Below, in pieces: positions 51,587 through 64,000 of a DNA stretch of 64,000 bases. Position 1 is the first letter of the stretch. The number at the start of each line of letters is the position of its first letter. The position numbers were made by a program, and so were the translations under genes. Source of the stretch: Eledone cirrhosa (Eukaryota); assembly GCA_964016885.1 (NCBI GenBank), contig OZ024743.1, positions 51,894,001 through 51,958,000 on the forward strand. Reading direction: 5' to 3'. Below the pieces are notes generated by a model that was given only the letters and a program-made list of their open reading frames with translations, ran no database searches and was not told the origin of the DNA.

Positions 51587-51618
<32 letters not shown>

Positions 51619-51850
51619 GGAGTGAAGGCGCATGGCTTAGTGGTTAAAGCATTGGGTTTACAATCGAAAGGTTGTGAGTTCAATTCTCGGACCGGGTGAT
51701 GTGTTGTTTCCTTGAGTAAGACACTTTATTTCACGTTGCTCCAGTTTACTCAGCTGTAGAAATGAGTACCTGCCCGCCCAGCCAGTGGGATGGCGTTATC
51801 TTATGGCTAAAACAGCACGACGCCGATTGGCGCCCGACAGACTGGTCGAT
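51619..51850 (+). mobile_element. CORE-type SINE with an alternative tail
   Basis: Head and core match 39825-39968, then diverge after GTAGAAATGAG. Confidence 0.75.
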
Positions 51851-51967
51851 CAAGGTGATATATAAAGGAAATTAGCCATCGGGCCCTGACTCTCTATTAC
51901 TAACTGCTTCCCAAATATCGAGTACTCTAGTTTACAACTGGTATAACCCCCTCCCCTCTCTCTCTCT

Positions 51968-52036
<69 letters not shown>

Positions 52037-52574
52037 TTGCACACAAAAAAAGAAAATGGAATACGTGACACACGAATAAACAAAAAAAATGCATCTATCT
52101 TGTCCATCAGCCACCCTGGGAAATGCCATTTCGTGCATAACGGTAATATTACATAATATTGAACAAAGGTCTATAACAAAGGGACAGCACAACAACATAG
52201 AGACAGGAGACAAATGGTGAATGTTTTTCGACTAAGACAGCAAAAGAAAGTACGTAAGCAAATAACAACAAAAAGTTTGACGACTGGAAACAGGACTGGA
52301 TACGGGACAGAAATGTTGTATAAATAGTAACGCCGGAGGGAGCGACATAGAGAGGACAGAGTCTGTTCAAGAAATAGAGAGTGTGCTGTCATGTTGGTAA
52401 GTAAACAATTGGTTAATCAAAGAATGAGCGCGCAACATTACAATAGTAATAAATAGCAAATTTGTACAGAAAGAAAAAGAAATACGTGAGACGAATAAAC
52501 AAAAGTAGCTATCGTTCTCATCAGCCACGCCCCACTGAGTAATGTAATTTTGTGCACACACACGCGCAAGAGGT

Positions 52575-52770
52575 GTCAACATGAATGGACCTGTTATTTT
52601 TATCTAAAGACATTTTTTCCAATTCCAACCCGCCCGTCCCCTCAATCTATCTTATTTCTCCTTCTTTCTTCTGATGAAAAACTAGCGTCCGAAACGTTAA
52701 GACCCTCTTCCTGCTATATCAAGCGTTAACCTAATATATCCCTTCCATATACTGTACTGATTGTGTTGTT
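52575..52770 (+). mobile_element. PLE-like fragment with minimal HHR (52667-52702, stem II disrupted)
   Basis: TCTT-CTGATGA-AAAACTAGCGTCC-GAAA-CGTT-AAGA. Confidence 0.62.
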
Positions 52771-52872
52771 ATTTCTGTTTACCTTTTACACATACACACA
52801 CACACATATATATATATAAACATATATATGTGTGAAGCTCGAATGAAAGCGACAAGGAAATAAATTTATAAG

Positions 52873-53102
52873 TTGTAGGAAGTTCAGGCAGAAAATAAAA
52901 GCAATTATAGTTATTTATAAAATACCTTATAAAAATTGAGTAAATACCCTTAGAGATGGAACAAATGTTGACAGAAGCCGCTACGAAGAACCGTAACGGC
53001 TGCTGTCTCTAAGGGACTTTATCTGGTTTTTATAAGCTATTTTATAGCAATTGACTGTAATTGCAGTTATTTCCTGTGTCTGATGTCTGAGCTTCCTACA
53101 TT
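52873..53102. repeat. Imperfect palindrome of about 230 bp
   Basis: TGTAGGAAGTTCAG..CTTATAAAAA..CCCTTAGAGA..GACAGAAGCCGCTACG / CGTAACGGCTGCTGTC-TCTAAGGG..TTTTTATAAG..CTGAGCTTCCTACA. Confidence 0.75.
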
Positions 53103-53129
53103 TTATATGTAGGTAAAGGATAACGATCC

Positions 53130-53420
53130 CTTCCGGTCACGAATGGCCATGTGATTTGCACCTAGAAAGTTTCCTTCCGAGGCAGATGTTTAGGAAGGTT
53201 GTTTGTAGAAAACCAGCAGCCCCCCCATGTATACTAACTCCCCATCTCCACGCCACCGATGTTGTCCAAGGGAAAGGCAATGGCCGATACAGCTTGGCAC
53301 CAGTGACGTCGCAACTCATTTCTACAGCTGAGTAAACTGGAGCAACATGAAACAGAGTGTCTTGTTCAAGAAAAAAATGCATTACACGAGCCAAGAATCG
53401 AACTTACACCTTCCCGATAT
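53130..53420 (-). mobile_element. Degenerate CORE-type SINE with a third tail type
   Basis: CTCATTTCTACAGCTGAGTAAACTGGAGCAAC..GTGTCTTG core on the + strand; different tail at 53130-53310. Confidence 0.65.
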
Positions 53421-53635
53421 GCATCTACAAAGTGTTTGATGAGCAGAAGGGGATCCAGCCTTAGAAAATATGTCAAAAGAAGGTCGGGAGGACTGAGAAG
53501 TTGTGTCAAAGACACGACAACTTCTCTAGTATTTTTGCCACAATAAAACGATCTTGGTAAACTCTGTAAAGTGATTAGTACTCACCTGGTCTGTGATAAC
53601 CTGTCCAACCTTTGCTAGCAGAGAAAATAGAAATT

Positions 53636-54798
<1,163 letters not shown>

Positions 54799-54971
54799 GG
54801 GAGAGACTCTGCGGTGCTGGGACCGGGGAGACCACTAATCATGGGAGTACTCAATACATGGGGAGATGCAGAATGGATATAGAGATAGGTAAAATCACGA
54901 CCGCGGTGCCAAGCGGTTTTGGCTTGTCTCACAAGCTCTCTCTCTCTCTCTCTCTCTCTCTGTATATATAC

Positions 54972-55140
54972 ACCGTTTAACATCCATTTATCCACGCTAG
55001 CATGGGTTAGACGAGTTGACCTGTTGTGAGACAAGCCAGGTCAGCCGCCTGTCTTGCTCATACAGAACTGATTTGGGCTTGGTTTATACACTGGATGCCC
55101 TTCCTAACGCCAACCACATTCACAGTGCAAACTAGATGCC
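54972..55140 (-). mobile_element. RTE-type 3' tail fragment
   Basis: TTAACATCCATTTATCCACGCTAGCATGGGTTAGACG..GGATGCCCTTCCTAACGCCAACCAC. Confidence 0.7.
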
Positions 55141-55149
55141 TTATGCATG

Positions 55150-55241
<92 letters not shown>

Positions 55242-55252
55242 TTCATATATAT

Positions 55253-55410
55253 AGGCGGGGAACTGGCAGAACCGTTACAACGTCGGGTAGACTGTTTTGT
55301 GGTATTCATTTCGGCTCAACGTACCCTCTGTCCGAATCGGCCGAGGTCAACTTTGTCTTTTATCCTTTCGAGGTTGAAAAATAGAATACTAGTTCAGCAG
55401 TGGGGTCAAT
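55253..55410 (+). mobile_element. Degenerate Deu/Nin-like SINE
   Basis: AGGCGGGGAACTGGCAGAACCG..GCCGAGGTCAACTTTGTCTTTTATCCTTTCGAGGTTGA. Confidence 0.65.
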
Positions 55411-55647
55411 ATTTCGTCTATATCTCTTTCTCACCTCTTTTCTATAATTATCTTTCCTTCTCCGGGAGAAATAAGCTGTGTCCGTAAAGAAACGCTGTAT
55501 ATGACTACGCTGGCCCTACGACACCACCAGGAGTAACAGGTTAAAGGGACGTTTGTGAAAACGAATGAGAAAAAATAAGGTTTGTGGTAGCGTATGAAAA
55601 AAAAATATAAAAAAGAACGGTAAAGAGGAAAAGGTAAAAAATTTATC

Positions 55648-57676
55648 AGAATTTACGGAGGAAAGTATTAGAATTTACGGAGGAATGTATTAGAATTTAC
55701 GGAGGAATGTATTAGAATTTACGAGGAATGTATTAGAATTTACGGAGGAATGTATCAGAATTTACGGAGGAATGTATTAGAATTTACTTACAGAGGAAAG
55801 TATTAGAATTTACGGAGGAATGTATTAGAATTTACGGAGGAATGTATTAGAATTTACGGAGGAATGTATTAGAATTTACAGAGAAAAGTATTAGAATTTA
55901 CGGAGGAATGTATTAGAATTTACGGAGGAAAGTATTAGAATTTACGGAAGAAAGTATTAGAATTTACGGAGGAATGTATTAGAATTTACGGAGGAAAGTA
56001 TTAGATTTTACGGACTAATGTATTAGAATTTACGGAGGAATGTATCAGAATTTACGGAAGAATGTATTAGAATTTACGGAGGAATGTATTAGAATTTACA
56101 GAGAAAAGTATTAGAATTTACGGAGGAATGTATTAGAATTTACGGAGGAAAGTATTAGAATTTACGGAGGGAAGTATTAGAATTTACGGAGGAATGTATT
56201 AAAATTTACGGACGATTGTATTAGCATTTACGGAGGAAAGTATTAGAAATTACGGAGGAAAGTATTGGATTTTACGGAGTAATGTATTAGAATTTACGGA
56301 GGATGTATCAGAATTTACGGAGGAATGTATTAGGATTTACGGAGGAAAGTATTAGAATTTACGGAAGAAAGTATTAGAATTTACGGAGGAATGTATTAGA
56401 ATTTACGGAAGAAATGTATTAGAGTTTACGGAGGAAAGTATTAGATTTTTCGGACTAATGTATTAGAATTTACGGAGGAATGTATTAGAATTTACGGAGG
56501 AATGTATTAGAATTTACGGAGGAATGTATTAGAATTTACAGAGGAATGTATTAGAATTTACGGAGGAAAGTATTAGAATTTACGGAGGATTGTATTAGAA
56601 TTTACAGAGGAAAGTATTAGAATTTACGGGGGAATGTATTAGTATTTACGGAGGAATGTATTAGAATTTACGGAGCATTGTATTAGAATTTACGGAGGAA
56701 AGTATTAGAATTTACGGAAGAATGTATTAGAATTTACGGAGGAAAGTATTAGAATTTACGGAGGATTGTATTAGAATTTACAGAGGAAAGTATTAGAATT
56801 TACGGAGGAATGTATTAGAATTTACGGAGGAAAGTATTAGAATTTACAGAGGAATGTATTAGAATTTACGGAGGAAAGTATTAGAATTTATGGAGGAAAG
56901 TATTAGTATTTACGAAGGAATGTATTAGGATTTACGGAATGTATTAGAATTTACGAAGGAAAGTATTAGAATTTACGGAGGAAAGTATTAGAATTTACGG
57001 AAGAATGTATTAGAATTTACGGAGGAATGTATTAGAATTTACGGAGGAAAGTATTAGATTTTACGGAGTAATGTATTAGATTTTACGGACTAATGTATTA
57101 GAATTTACTGAGGAATGTATTAGGATTTACGGAGGAATGTATTAGAATTTACGGAGGAAAGTATTAGAATTTACGGAGGAATGTATTAGGATTTACGGAG
57201 GAATGTATCAGAATTTACGGAGGAATGTATTAGAATTTACAGAGGAAAGTATTAGAATTTACGGAGGATTGTATTAGAATTTACGGAAGATTGTATTAGA
57301 ATTTACGGAGGAAAGTATTAGAATTTACGGAGGAATGTATTAGAATTTACGGAGGATTGTATTAGAATTTACGGAGGAATGTATTAGAATTTACGGAGGA
57401 AAGTATTAGATTTTACGGAGTAATGTATTAGAATTTACGGAGGAATGTATTAGAATTTACAGAGGAAAGTATTAGAATTTACGGAGGAATGTATTAGAAT
57501 ATACGGAAGAATGTATTAGAATATACCGAAGAATATATTAGAATTTACGGAGGAATGTATTAGAATTTACGGAGAAAAGTATTAGATTTTACGGAGTAAT
57601 GTATTAGATTTTACGGAGGAATGTATTAGAATTTACGGAGGAATGTATTAGAATTTACAGAGGAATGTATTAGAAT
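55648..57676. repeat. 22-bp minisatellite AGAATTTACGGAGGAA(T/A)GTATT, about 92 copies
   Basis: Period 22 (55801 to 55823), no unique spacers. Confidence 0.97.
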
Positions 57677-57787
57677 AGGGGAAAGAAGAATGAGAAAAAG
57701 TCACAATAAGATGAAGGAGAAAGAAGAAAACGAAGGGTAAAGAAAATGATAGTACAGAGAAAACAGCTGATTAGTATTTAAATAAAT

Positions 57788-58345
57788 ATAGTGATTCGAA
57801 TTGTTTTTCCCGTTATGAAATGGTAGTGCTGGTGCCAAGGTAAAATGCATCCAACACTTTGTAAAGCGGTAGTGTTGGTGACAAGGTAAAATGCACCCAA
57901 CACTTTGTAAAGCGGTAGTGCTGGTGCCAAGGTAAAATGCACCCAACACTTTGTAAAGCGGTAGTGCTGGTGCTAAGGTAAAATGCACCCAACACTTTGT
58001 AAAGCGGTAGTGCTGGTGCCAAGGTAAAATGCACCCAACACTTTGTAAAGCGGTAGTTCACGTTTATTTCCCATGATTGTAAGTTCTCACGTCAGATGAG
58101 CATGTTTTATTAAAACGTTTCATTTTTAGCATGGTTTCTATGGCTGGATACTCTTCCTAACGCCAACCACTTTACAGCGTGCACTAGGTGCATTTCATTG
58201 TGGCACCAGCACTACCACTTTACAGAGTGTGTTGGGTGCAATTTACCATAGCACCAGCACTGCCGTTTTACAAAGTGTTGGCTGCATTTTACCTTGGCAC
58301 CAGCATTACTATCTCATAACTGGAAAAACAATTCGAATCACTATT
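57788..58345. repeat. Fold-back structure with a 46-bp tandem repeat (5 copies) derived from a SINE/LINE tail
   Basis: Units start at 57822, 57868, 57914, 57960 and 58006; ~58250-58345 is the reverse complement of ~57788-57885. Confidence 0.85.
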
Positions 58346-58499
58346 TTTTTCGTGAATGTGTTGTGTGCATTCTCTCTTTTAACGGTGATGTCTGTTAAGC
58401 CTAAACACTAAAAAAAGAAAGTGTTGTTTTACTGTGGCCCCTTTAGCACACTATAGCAACACCTTCCTGAGATATTTTCCGTCACATAGGTACAAGCTG

Positions 58500-58700
58500 A
58501 TATTGACAGTAGGCTGTAAGGACGTTGACATTACGCTTGAGCAGCTGTTTTTACTAATTTTTAAAGACACTGTTTGGGTCGACCATAATGGCGACGAACT
58601 GTTAGATGTGTTTATGAGTTCATATGATGAGGCTGAGGCTTGTGAACGGTTAGAATTATATATCTAGATGCTTTTCAGAGAAAATTTCATCTCAGAGATT
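58500..58700 (+). pseudogene. Decayed Penelope-like RT fragment
   Basis: VWVDHNGDELLDVFMSSYDEAEACERLELYI resembles the PLE motif W.KK....FDVTMGSYDGAEVCELVGLYI. Confidence 0.65.
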
Positions 58701-59169
58701 ATGAATGAGCGTCCAGTTGATTATATATAACTTAAGAATGACAATTATTACCAATATTAATGTAGACAAATTTCTATACATTGCAATTGACTGAAAACAG
58801 GCGACGAGTTCAAATCTTGCTGAGATCAGTTTCCCCCCCTTTTAATACCAGTTCAGGGTCAGTGAATTGGCAGAATTGTCGGACGGGATGCTTTGCAGTA
58901 TCAAATTCTGTCTTCTACCCCAGAAGTTGAGACCGACTGATAGTATCAGTAAGGGAAAGACAGTTTCCTTGGTCTCACTTGACGATCACCTCCTTTCCGT
59001 TGAAACACAGGTAAACATTTTTCTCCTAGGAAGCTACATGAAAAATTGAGATACATTGATACATTAATAAGTCCTCCAATAATTCTGTAATCTTGAAGAA
59101 TTTGGTGAATAACGTTGGCCATCATAATTCAGCGGTGGATTCGTAATATGTGTATGTGATACCACATGA

Positions 59170-59215
<46 letters not shown>

Positions 59216-59495
59216 GATATATAGATAGATATACACACACGCATACATACATACATACATGATGAAATAGTAAGTATTGATTCGAATGGAGAGATATTGA
59301 AAACACAGAGAGGGGAGGGGGGAGAAAGAGAGGGGAGGGGGGGGGGAGAAAATGAAGGACATTAAACTGCGAATGATGGAGGGGCAACGAAAAGGAGAGA
59401 TCTAAAAAGAGGGTGTCGAGAGACAGACTGATGTATATATATATATGGAGAGAGAGAGGGGGACAGAGATAGAGAGGGAGAGAGAGGGAGAGAGG

Positions 59496-59572
<77 letters not shown>

Positions 59573-59886
59573 TTACGCGAGCGAAAAAGGGAAGATATGT
59601 AGGAAGTGAGAGTGATGAAGAATGTAGGTGTGATATAGTGTAGTTATACATGATGGGTTAAAAGGAGAGAGACAGGGTGATAGACACAAGACAGAAACAA
59701 GAAAGAGGTATATAACTAATGACAGTAGAGGGGAGAGAGACAGAATAACACAGAAACACACTCACAGAATTATATATATTTATAGCAAGTGGATAGAGAA
59801 AGTAAGTGTAGTGTGTGTATATATATATATATATAATTAAATTTAGTTTAAAAAAACTAAAGATTACACTTCAAATCATTTTATGA

Positions 59887-59948
<62 letters not shown>

Positions 59949-60102
59949 ATATATATTTAGGTTTGTTGGTTCACCACTGGATAGAACTGGTCATTCCGTA
60001 TGGTCAATCTCGATGTAATATTATGGAGAGTACTCAACGTAATGCAACTCACTCGTCTTCATTTGTGTAGTTGGTAGTGCGAGTACGGAGTTAATTATTA
60101 CA

Positions 60103-60393
60103 ATAAAATAACAGGAGGCTGGACTGGTGTACTTCCTTGAAAGGTTTATTATACCATGATCATTTCAATGACAGGGTTCAGTATGAATCTGGTGATATCA
60201 TCAGGTATTTGAAATATAACAAATGAATATAACTCTGATTTTCAGCCCCATGGATTTTATCTGTTATATTCCTTTGTTATATTTCGAATACCTGATGATA
60301 TCATCCGATTCATACTGAGCCCGGTCATTGAAACGATCATGGTATAATAAACCTTTCAAGGATTTACACCAGTCCAGCCTCCTGTTATTTTAT
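60103..60393. repeat. Palindrome of about 290 bp made of two inverted PLE-like ends, each with a decayed HHR (60151-60208 minus, 60288-60345 plus)
   Basis: ATAC-CTGATGA-[31 nt]-GAAA-(T/C)GATCA-TG-GTAT on both arms; adjacent 59958-60050 matches 27355-27440 in inverted orientation. Confidence 0.78.
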
Positions 60394-60417
60394 AATATAT
60401 ATATATATATATATATA

Positions 60418-60495
60418 TAGGGTGCTCCCCAAAAATGTGTACGCACTTTGATTAGAATGGTGTTGAAGTATGTATACATATTTTGGGACACCCTG
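60418..60495. mobile_element. 78-bp Tc1/mariner-type hairpin MITE
   Basis: TA flanks; TIRs TAGGGTGCTCCCCAAAAATGTGTAC / GTATACATATTTTGGGACACCCTG. Confidence 0.7.
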
Positions 60496-60859
60496 TATAT
60501 ATACATATATATATATGTGTGTGTGTGTGTGAGTGTGTGTGTGTATGCGTGTATGCATGTATATAGAGAAAAAGAGAGAAGAAAGACATGAGAGGTTACT
60601 TGGCGTCTTTTCATTCATTTTTCGGGTTTTCATTTTCAAAATCACGTTTATAATACACATACACACAGTTTCTCCCTCTCTCTATCATTAAATACACCAT
60701 TACTATTTTCCTTATTATTATATCACTATAGCCGTCATCATCATCATCAGTAAAACCATCAACATCACATACTCTATAGACGCACATACTTTATAGACAT
60801 ACTGTATACACACATATTCAATCTAGACATATCTCTATACACACACACATACTATACAT

Positions 60860-61140
60860 AGATACATACATACATGCATGCATACATATATAGTCATACA
60901 TATGTACGTACGTACATATATACATACGTCTATACATACATACATACGTACATCCATACATACATACGTCCATACATACACATACATACATACGTACGTA
61001 CATACATACATACATACGTACGTACGTACGTCCATACATACATACATACATACATACATACATACATACATACATACATACATACATACATACATACATA
61101 CATACATACATACATACATACGTACATACGTACGTATGTA
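60860..61140. repeat. (TACA)n microsatellite
   Basis: Direct inspection. Confidence 0.9.
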
Positions 61141-61326
61141 AATATATACATACTCTATATCTTCGTTTTTCAATAAATAGCGTTGTTTATCACGGAACAC
61201 TACACTATCATCACAACCACAATCATTATCACTATCGTTATTATCACTATATCTGCCAATGAAAATCATTACCACTGTCGTTATAATAATTAAAAATAAT
61301 GTTTGTATATTTGTTGGTGTTTTTAC

Positions 61327-61504
61327 CTGTTAAACATTTCCGAGTCTCCACAATGAATTTCTCCCGGAACCGGCGAATTTCTTTCCCTAGGGCCCGCTCC
61401 GGGGGTCCCTCGATGGCCGAGAAAACTGATGCTCCGATGATGAGGTAGAGTACGTAGAAACATATGAGGATTATAAGCCTAATGTTACTCTTTGCCAAAG
61501 CCAT
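61327..61504 (-). CDS. First coding exon of a two-pore-domain K+ channel (K2P/KCNK, TWIK-like): N-terminus, TM1 and cap helix with Cys
   Basis: MALAKSNIRLIILICFYVLYLIIGASVFSAIEGPPERALGKEIRRFREKFIVETRKCLT fits the K2P M1 motif YL..GA.VF..(I/L)E and the cap Cys; good start context (GCAATGG); donor ACAG|GTAAAA at 61327/61326, phase 1. Confidence 0.85.
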
Positions 61505-62304
61505 TGCGACCGAGACCAGTTGGATGTGTGATCATCAGTGGTTCGCTCCACTCTCTCTCCCTTTCACGGTGCAACTGTCAACGTTAGTCAGAAAGCGCAA
61601 CAGACTCCAAAACTACGGATGGCCAAAAGCACTACAGTAATACAGTCGAACCTCTTACACACACACATACATATATAGCTTATAATACACAGCTATTTAT
61701 TATAAGCAGCCGAATCACTCAGCACTACCTGCACTACCACTGCTGCTGTTGTTGCTGTTTTGTTTTTACCGTAACATCAGCAGCACCACAACCTTCAGTT
61801 ATTGTTATTGTTGTGGTTGTGGTCTCTATCGTAATTCCATTCACATTCAAGAGGCATTATATGGAAGAATATTAAGTACAATCCTATAAGCCTTCTCTAT
61901 ATTAAAGTGAAAATAAAATCAACCCATTTAAAGTGCTTAATGTTTTGATTAAACGATTATAATTAAAGAAATGAATGAAAAAAAGGGTAATAAATTAGTC
62001 CAAGGGAATGTGGAACAATATATTTTCTGGTCGGTTTTAAAGTATACAAAAAAAAAAAAAAGAAAAAAAGAGTGGTCCCAGAGCAGGAATCGAAATAAAA
62101 ATATCTTCCCACTAATATGTGTATTTGAAAAATACGTTACTATCTGCAAATAAAAAAATCATTTACGGAAGAAATAAAATCATATATTCGGCCCTGTGTC
62201 ATATGTTAAATACGACCGTCCTTTTCATAAGATTTTAGTGCCACTTTAGAGAAGGATTATAGGGTTTTTCCGGATATAAATATTTTTTCCGATCATATAC
62301 TTGA

Positions 62305-62435
62305 TTGGTACTTTATTTTATCGACCCATGAACGATGAAAGACAAAGTAGACTCCGACTGAATATGAAACTCAGAACATAAAAGAATAAATATTGTAATC
62401 TATTTGTCCGTTGCTGCCGATTCTACTAAGCCACT
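62305..62435 (-). mobile_element. Degenerate Deu/Nin-like SINE fragment
   Basis: TTGGTACTTTATTTTATCGACCC..GATGAAAGACAAAGTAGAC..AACTCAGAACATAAA. Confidence 0.65.
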
Positions 62436-62694
62436 GTTGTCATTGATATTAAAAGCGAGCTAAGATTCACTTCACATACGTCACTTAACCTCACCTGGAA
62501 ACCTTAAAATGTTTGCACCTTGCATTCGGTAATGAGATGAAATGGAAATGGAATTTATATCTCACATCTAGCTTTAGCTAGCCTCAAAGTTGTATCTCAT
62601 ATTGGTTTAGCTTGCTTCATACAAAATTGTATCTCATAGGATACTTCCTGGGTGTTTTAATTATAGGGCTCCCAGTCCTATCATGAAAGCAACG

Positions 62695-63330
62695 TAAAAT
62701 AAAGTGACTTGCTCAAGAACACAACGCACAACCAGGAACCGAACTTACGACCTTATGATCAAAAGTAAAACATTCTAACTACAAGACCATGTGCATTCAT
62801 GATCACTAGACAATGTGGAGTAGACCCTCAGTAAAGTGTTATGTTGGTGCCATGTTAAATTGCACCCAGTACACTCTATAAAGTGGCATTGTTGATTCCA
62901 CGGTTAACAGCACCCAGCACACTGTAAAATGTTAGTACTGCTGTCACAATAAAATACACCCAGTACACTCAGTAAAGTGGTAGTGTTACTGCCACAATAA
63001 ACTGCACTCAGTAAACTCTGTAAAGTGGTATTGCTGGTTCCACAATAAACTACACCCAGTGCACTCAGTAAGGTGTTAGTACCACGATAAAGTGCTCTCA
63101 GTACATTGTGTAAAGCGATAGTGCTAGTGTCACAATAAAATACACCTAGAACTTTCTGTAAAGTGGTCAGTACTAGGAAGAACGTCCAAATTGTAGAAAC
63201 TAAGCAAAAATGGAACATGGTCACCTGACCCATCAAGGAGGACAGTAACTCCAATTAATTGGAGGTCTGTAATGACATGTCCAACCCATGCCAGATTGGG
63301 AAAACATAAAATGATGGAGATGATGACGAT
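62695..63330. mobile_element. CORE-SINE fragment (62695-62800, minus) and a SINE/RTE tail with degenerate ~45-bp tandem repeats (62830-63330, plus)
   Basis: CACCCAGTACACTCTGTAAAGTGG-type units followed by CAACCCATGCCAG..AAAATGATG. Confidence 0.6.
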
Positions 63331-63526
63331 TATGGCAATGATGGTGACTATGCATTTTATTGTGCTACTAGCCCTAGAAAGTTGCTTTTGTAACAGGACT
63401 AAGCAGTCACTTTTAACCTGTAGTAGTTTTTTGTTGTTGTTGTTGTTGTTGTTTTTGTTTTGTTTTCAGACTAACTTCTAGATGGGCTTGAAGAGTACTT
63501 CTCTTGTTTATGAGAAACAAAATATT

Positions 63527-63561
63527 TCATCACCATCCCCACCACCACCACCACCACCACC

Positions 63562-63608
<47 letters not shown>

Positions 63609-63656
63609 TATCAGCATCATCATTATCAGCATCATCATTATCAGCATCATCATCAT
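63527..63656. repeat. (CAC)n/(CAT)n microsatellite
   Basis: Direct inspection. Confidence 0.9.
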
Positions 63657-64000
63657 AAGCCTGGCGCCTTATTGTTTTTCATCTGATTGGTGGCACTTTC
63701 AAGTTCATCCAAAGAGAAATCCTCAACAGAAGTATTGGTATTGAGATTGTATAAACGTTTGATTGTGAATTAGCCGTTTATGGTGCTGTTGTTGTTCAGC
63801 AGAGCTTCGAAATGGTTTTTCGAAGCATTGAGACGTTTCTCACTCTCAATAAATGTGACTCTCGACTTCTTTTAACCAGATAATTTATAATCGCCTTATC
63901 TTGAACAGGCTTCGACCAGAAATCGAAAATACCCTACACCCAAACCCAAATGGATTTAGATCATCTAGATCTACATTATCACATCCGGCGTCTAATTGAA

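Noticed and set aside
55648-57676. CRISPR array or telomere-like repeat
   Set aside because: Contiguous 22-bp units with no unique spacers, no cas genes, eukaryotic context and no TTAGGG runs.
61247-61326. C-terminal extension of the 85-aa K2P ORF
   Set aside because: Lies past a strong GTAAAA donor and loses K2P similarity; intron read-through.
61641-61656. TACAGTCGAACCTCT as a Tc1/mariner TIR upstream of the K2P start
   Set aside because: No partner TIR found nearby.

Overview
Repeat-dense, AT-rich animal genomic DNA. The SINE/LINE families and microsatellite load suggest an octopus or other coleoid cephalopod (inference). The only host gene I can support is the first coding exon of a two-pore-domain (K2P, TWIK/KCNK1-like) potassium channel on the minus strand (61327-61504). 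No second exon is recognisable, so much of the window may be its first intron. The rest is mobile DNA: several RTE LINE copies, a Tx1/L1-like LINE, a CRE-like fragment, a Buster-type hAT transposon, MITEs, two tRNA-derived SINE families, a Ty3/Gypsy element with three LTRs, Penelope-like element (PLE) remnants, and micro/minisatellites. The main finding is a near-perfect 466-bp tandem array (18565-22713, plus an inverted 1.2-unit copy at 22718-23294) with a minimal type I hammerhead ribozyme (HHR) in every unit, 10 in total. It looks like a retrozyme/PLE pseudo-LTR array that could release 466-nt self-cleaved monomers or circRNAs. A diverged relative at 30500-31030 shows compensatory stem changes. 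About a dozen more intact or decayed HHRs lie in PLE-like inverted repeats across the window. All calls were made by eye, without searches or folding software, and many boundaries are approximate.
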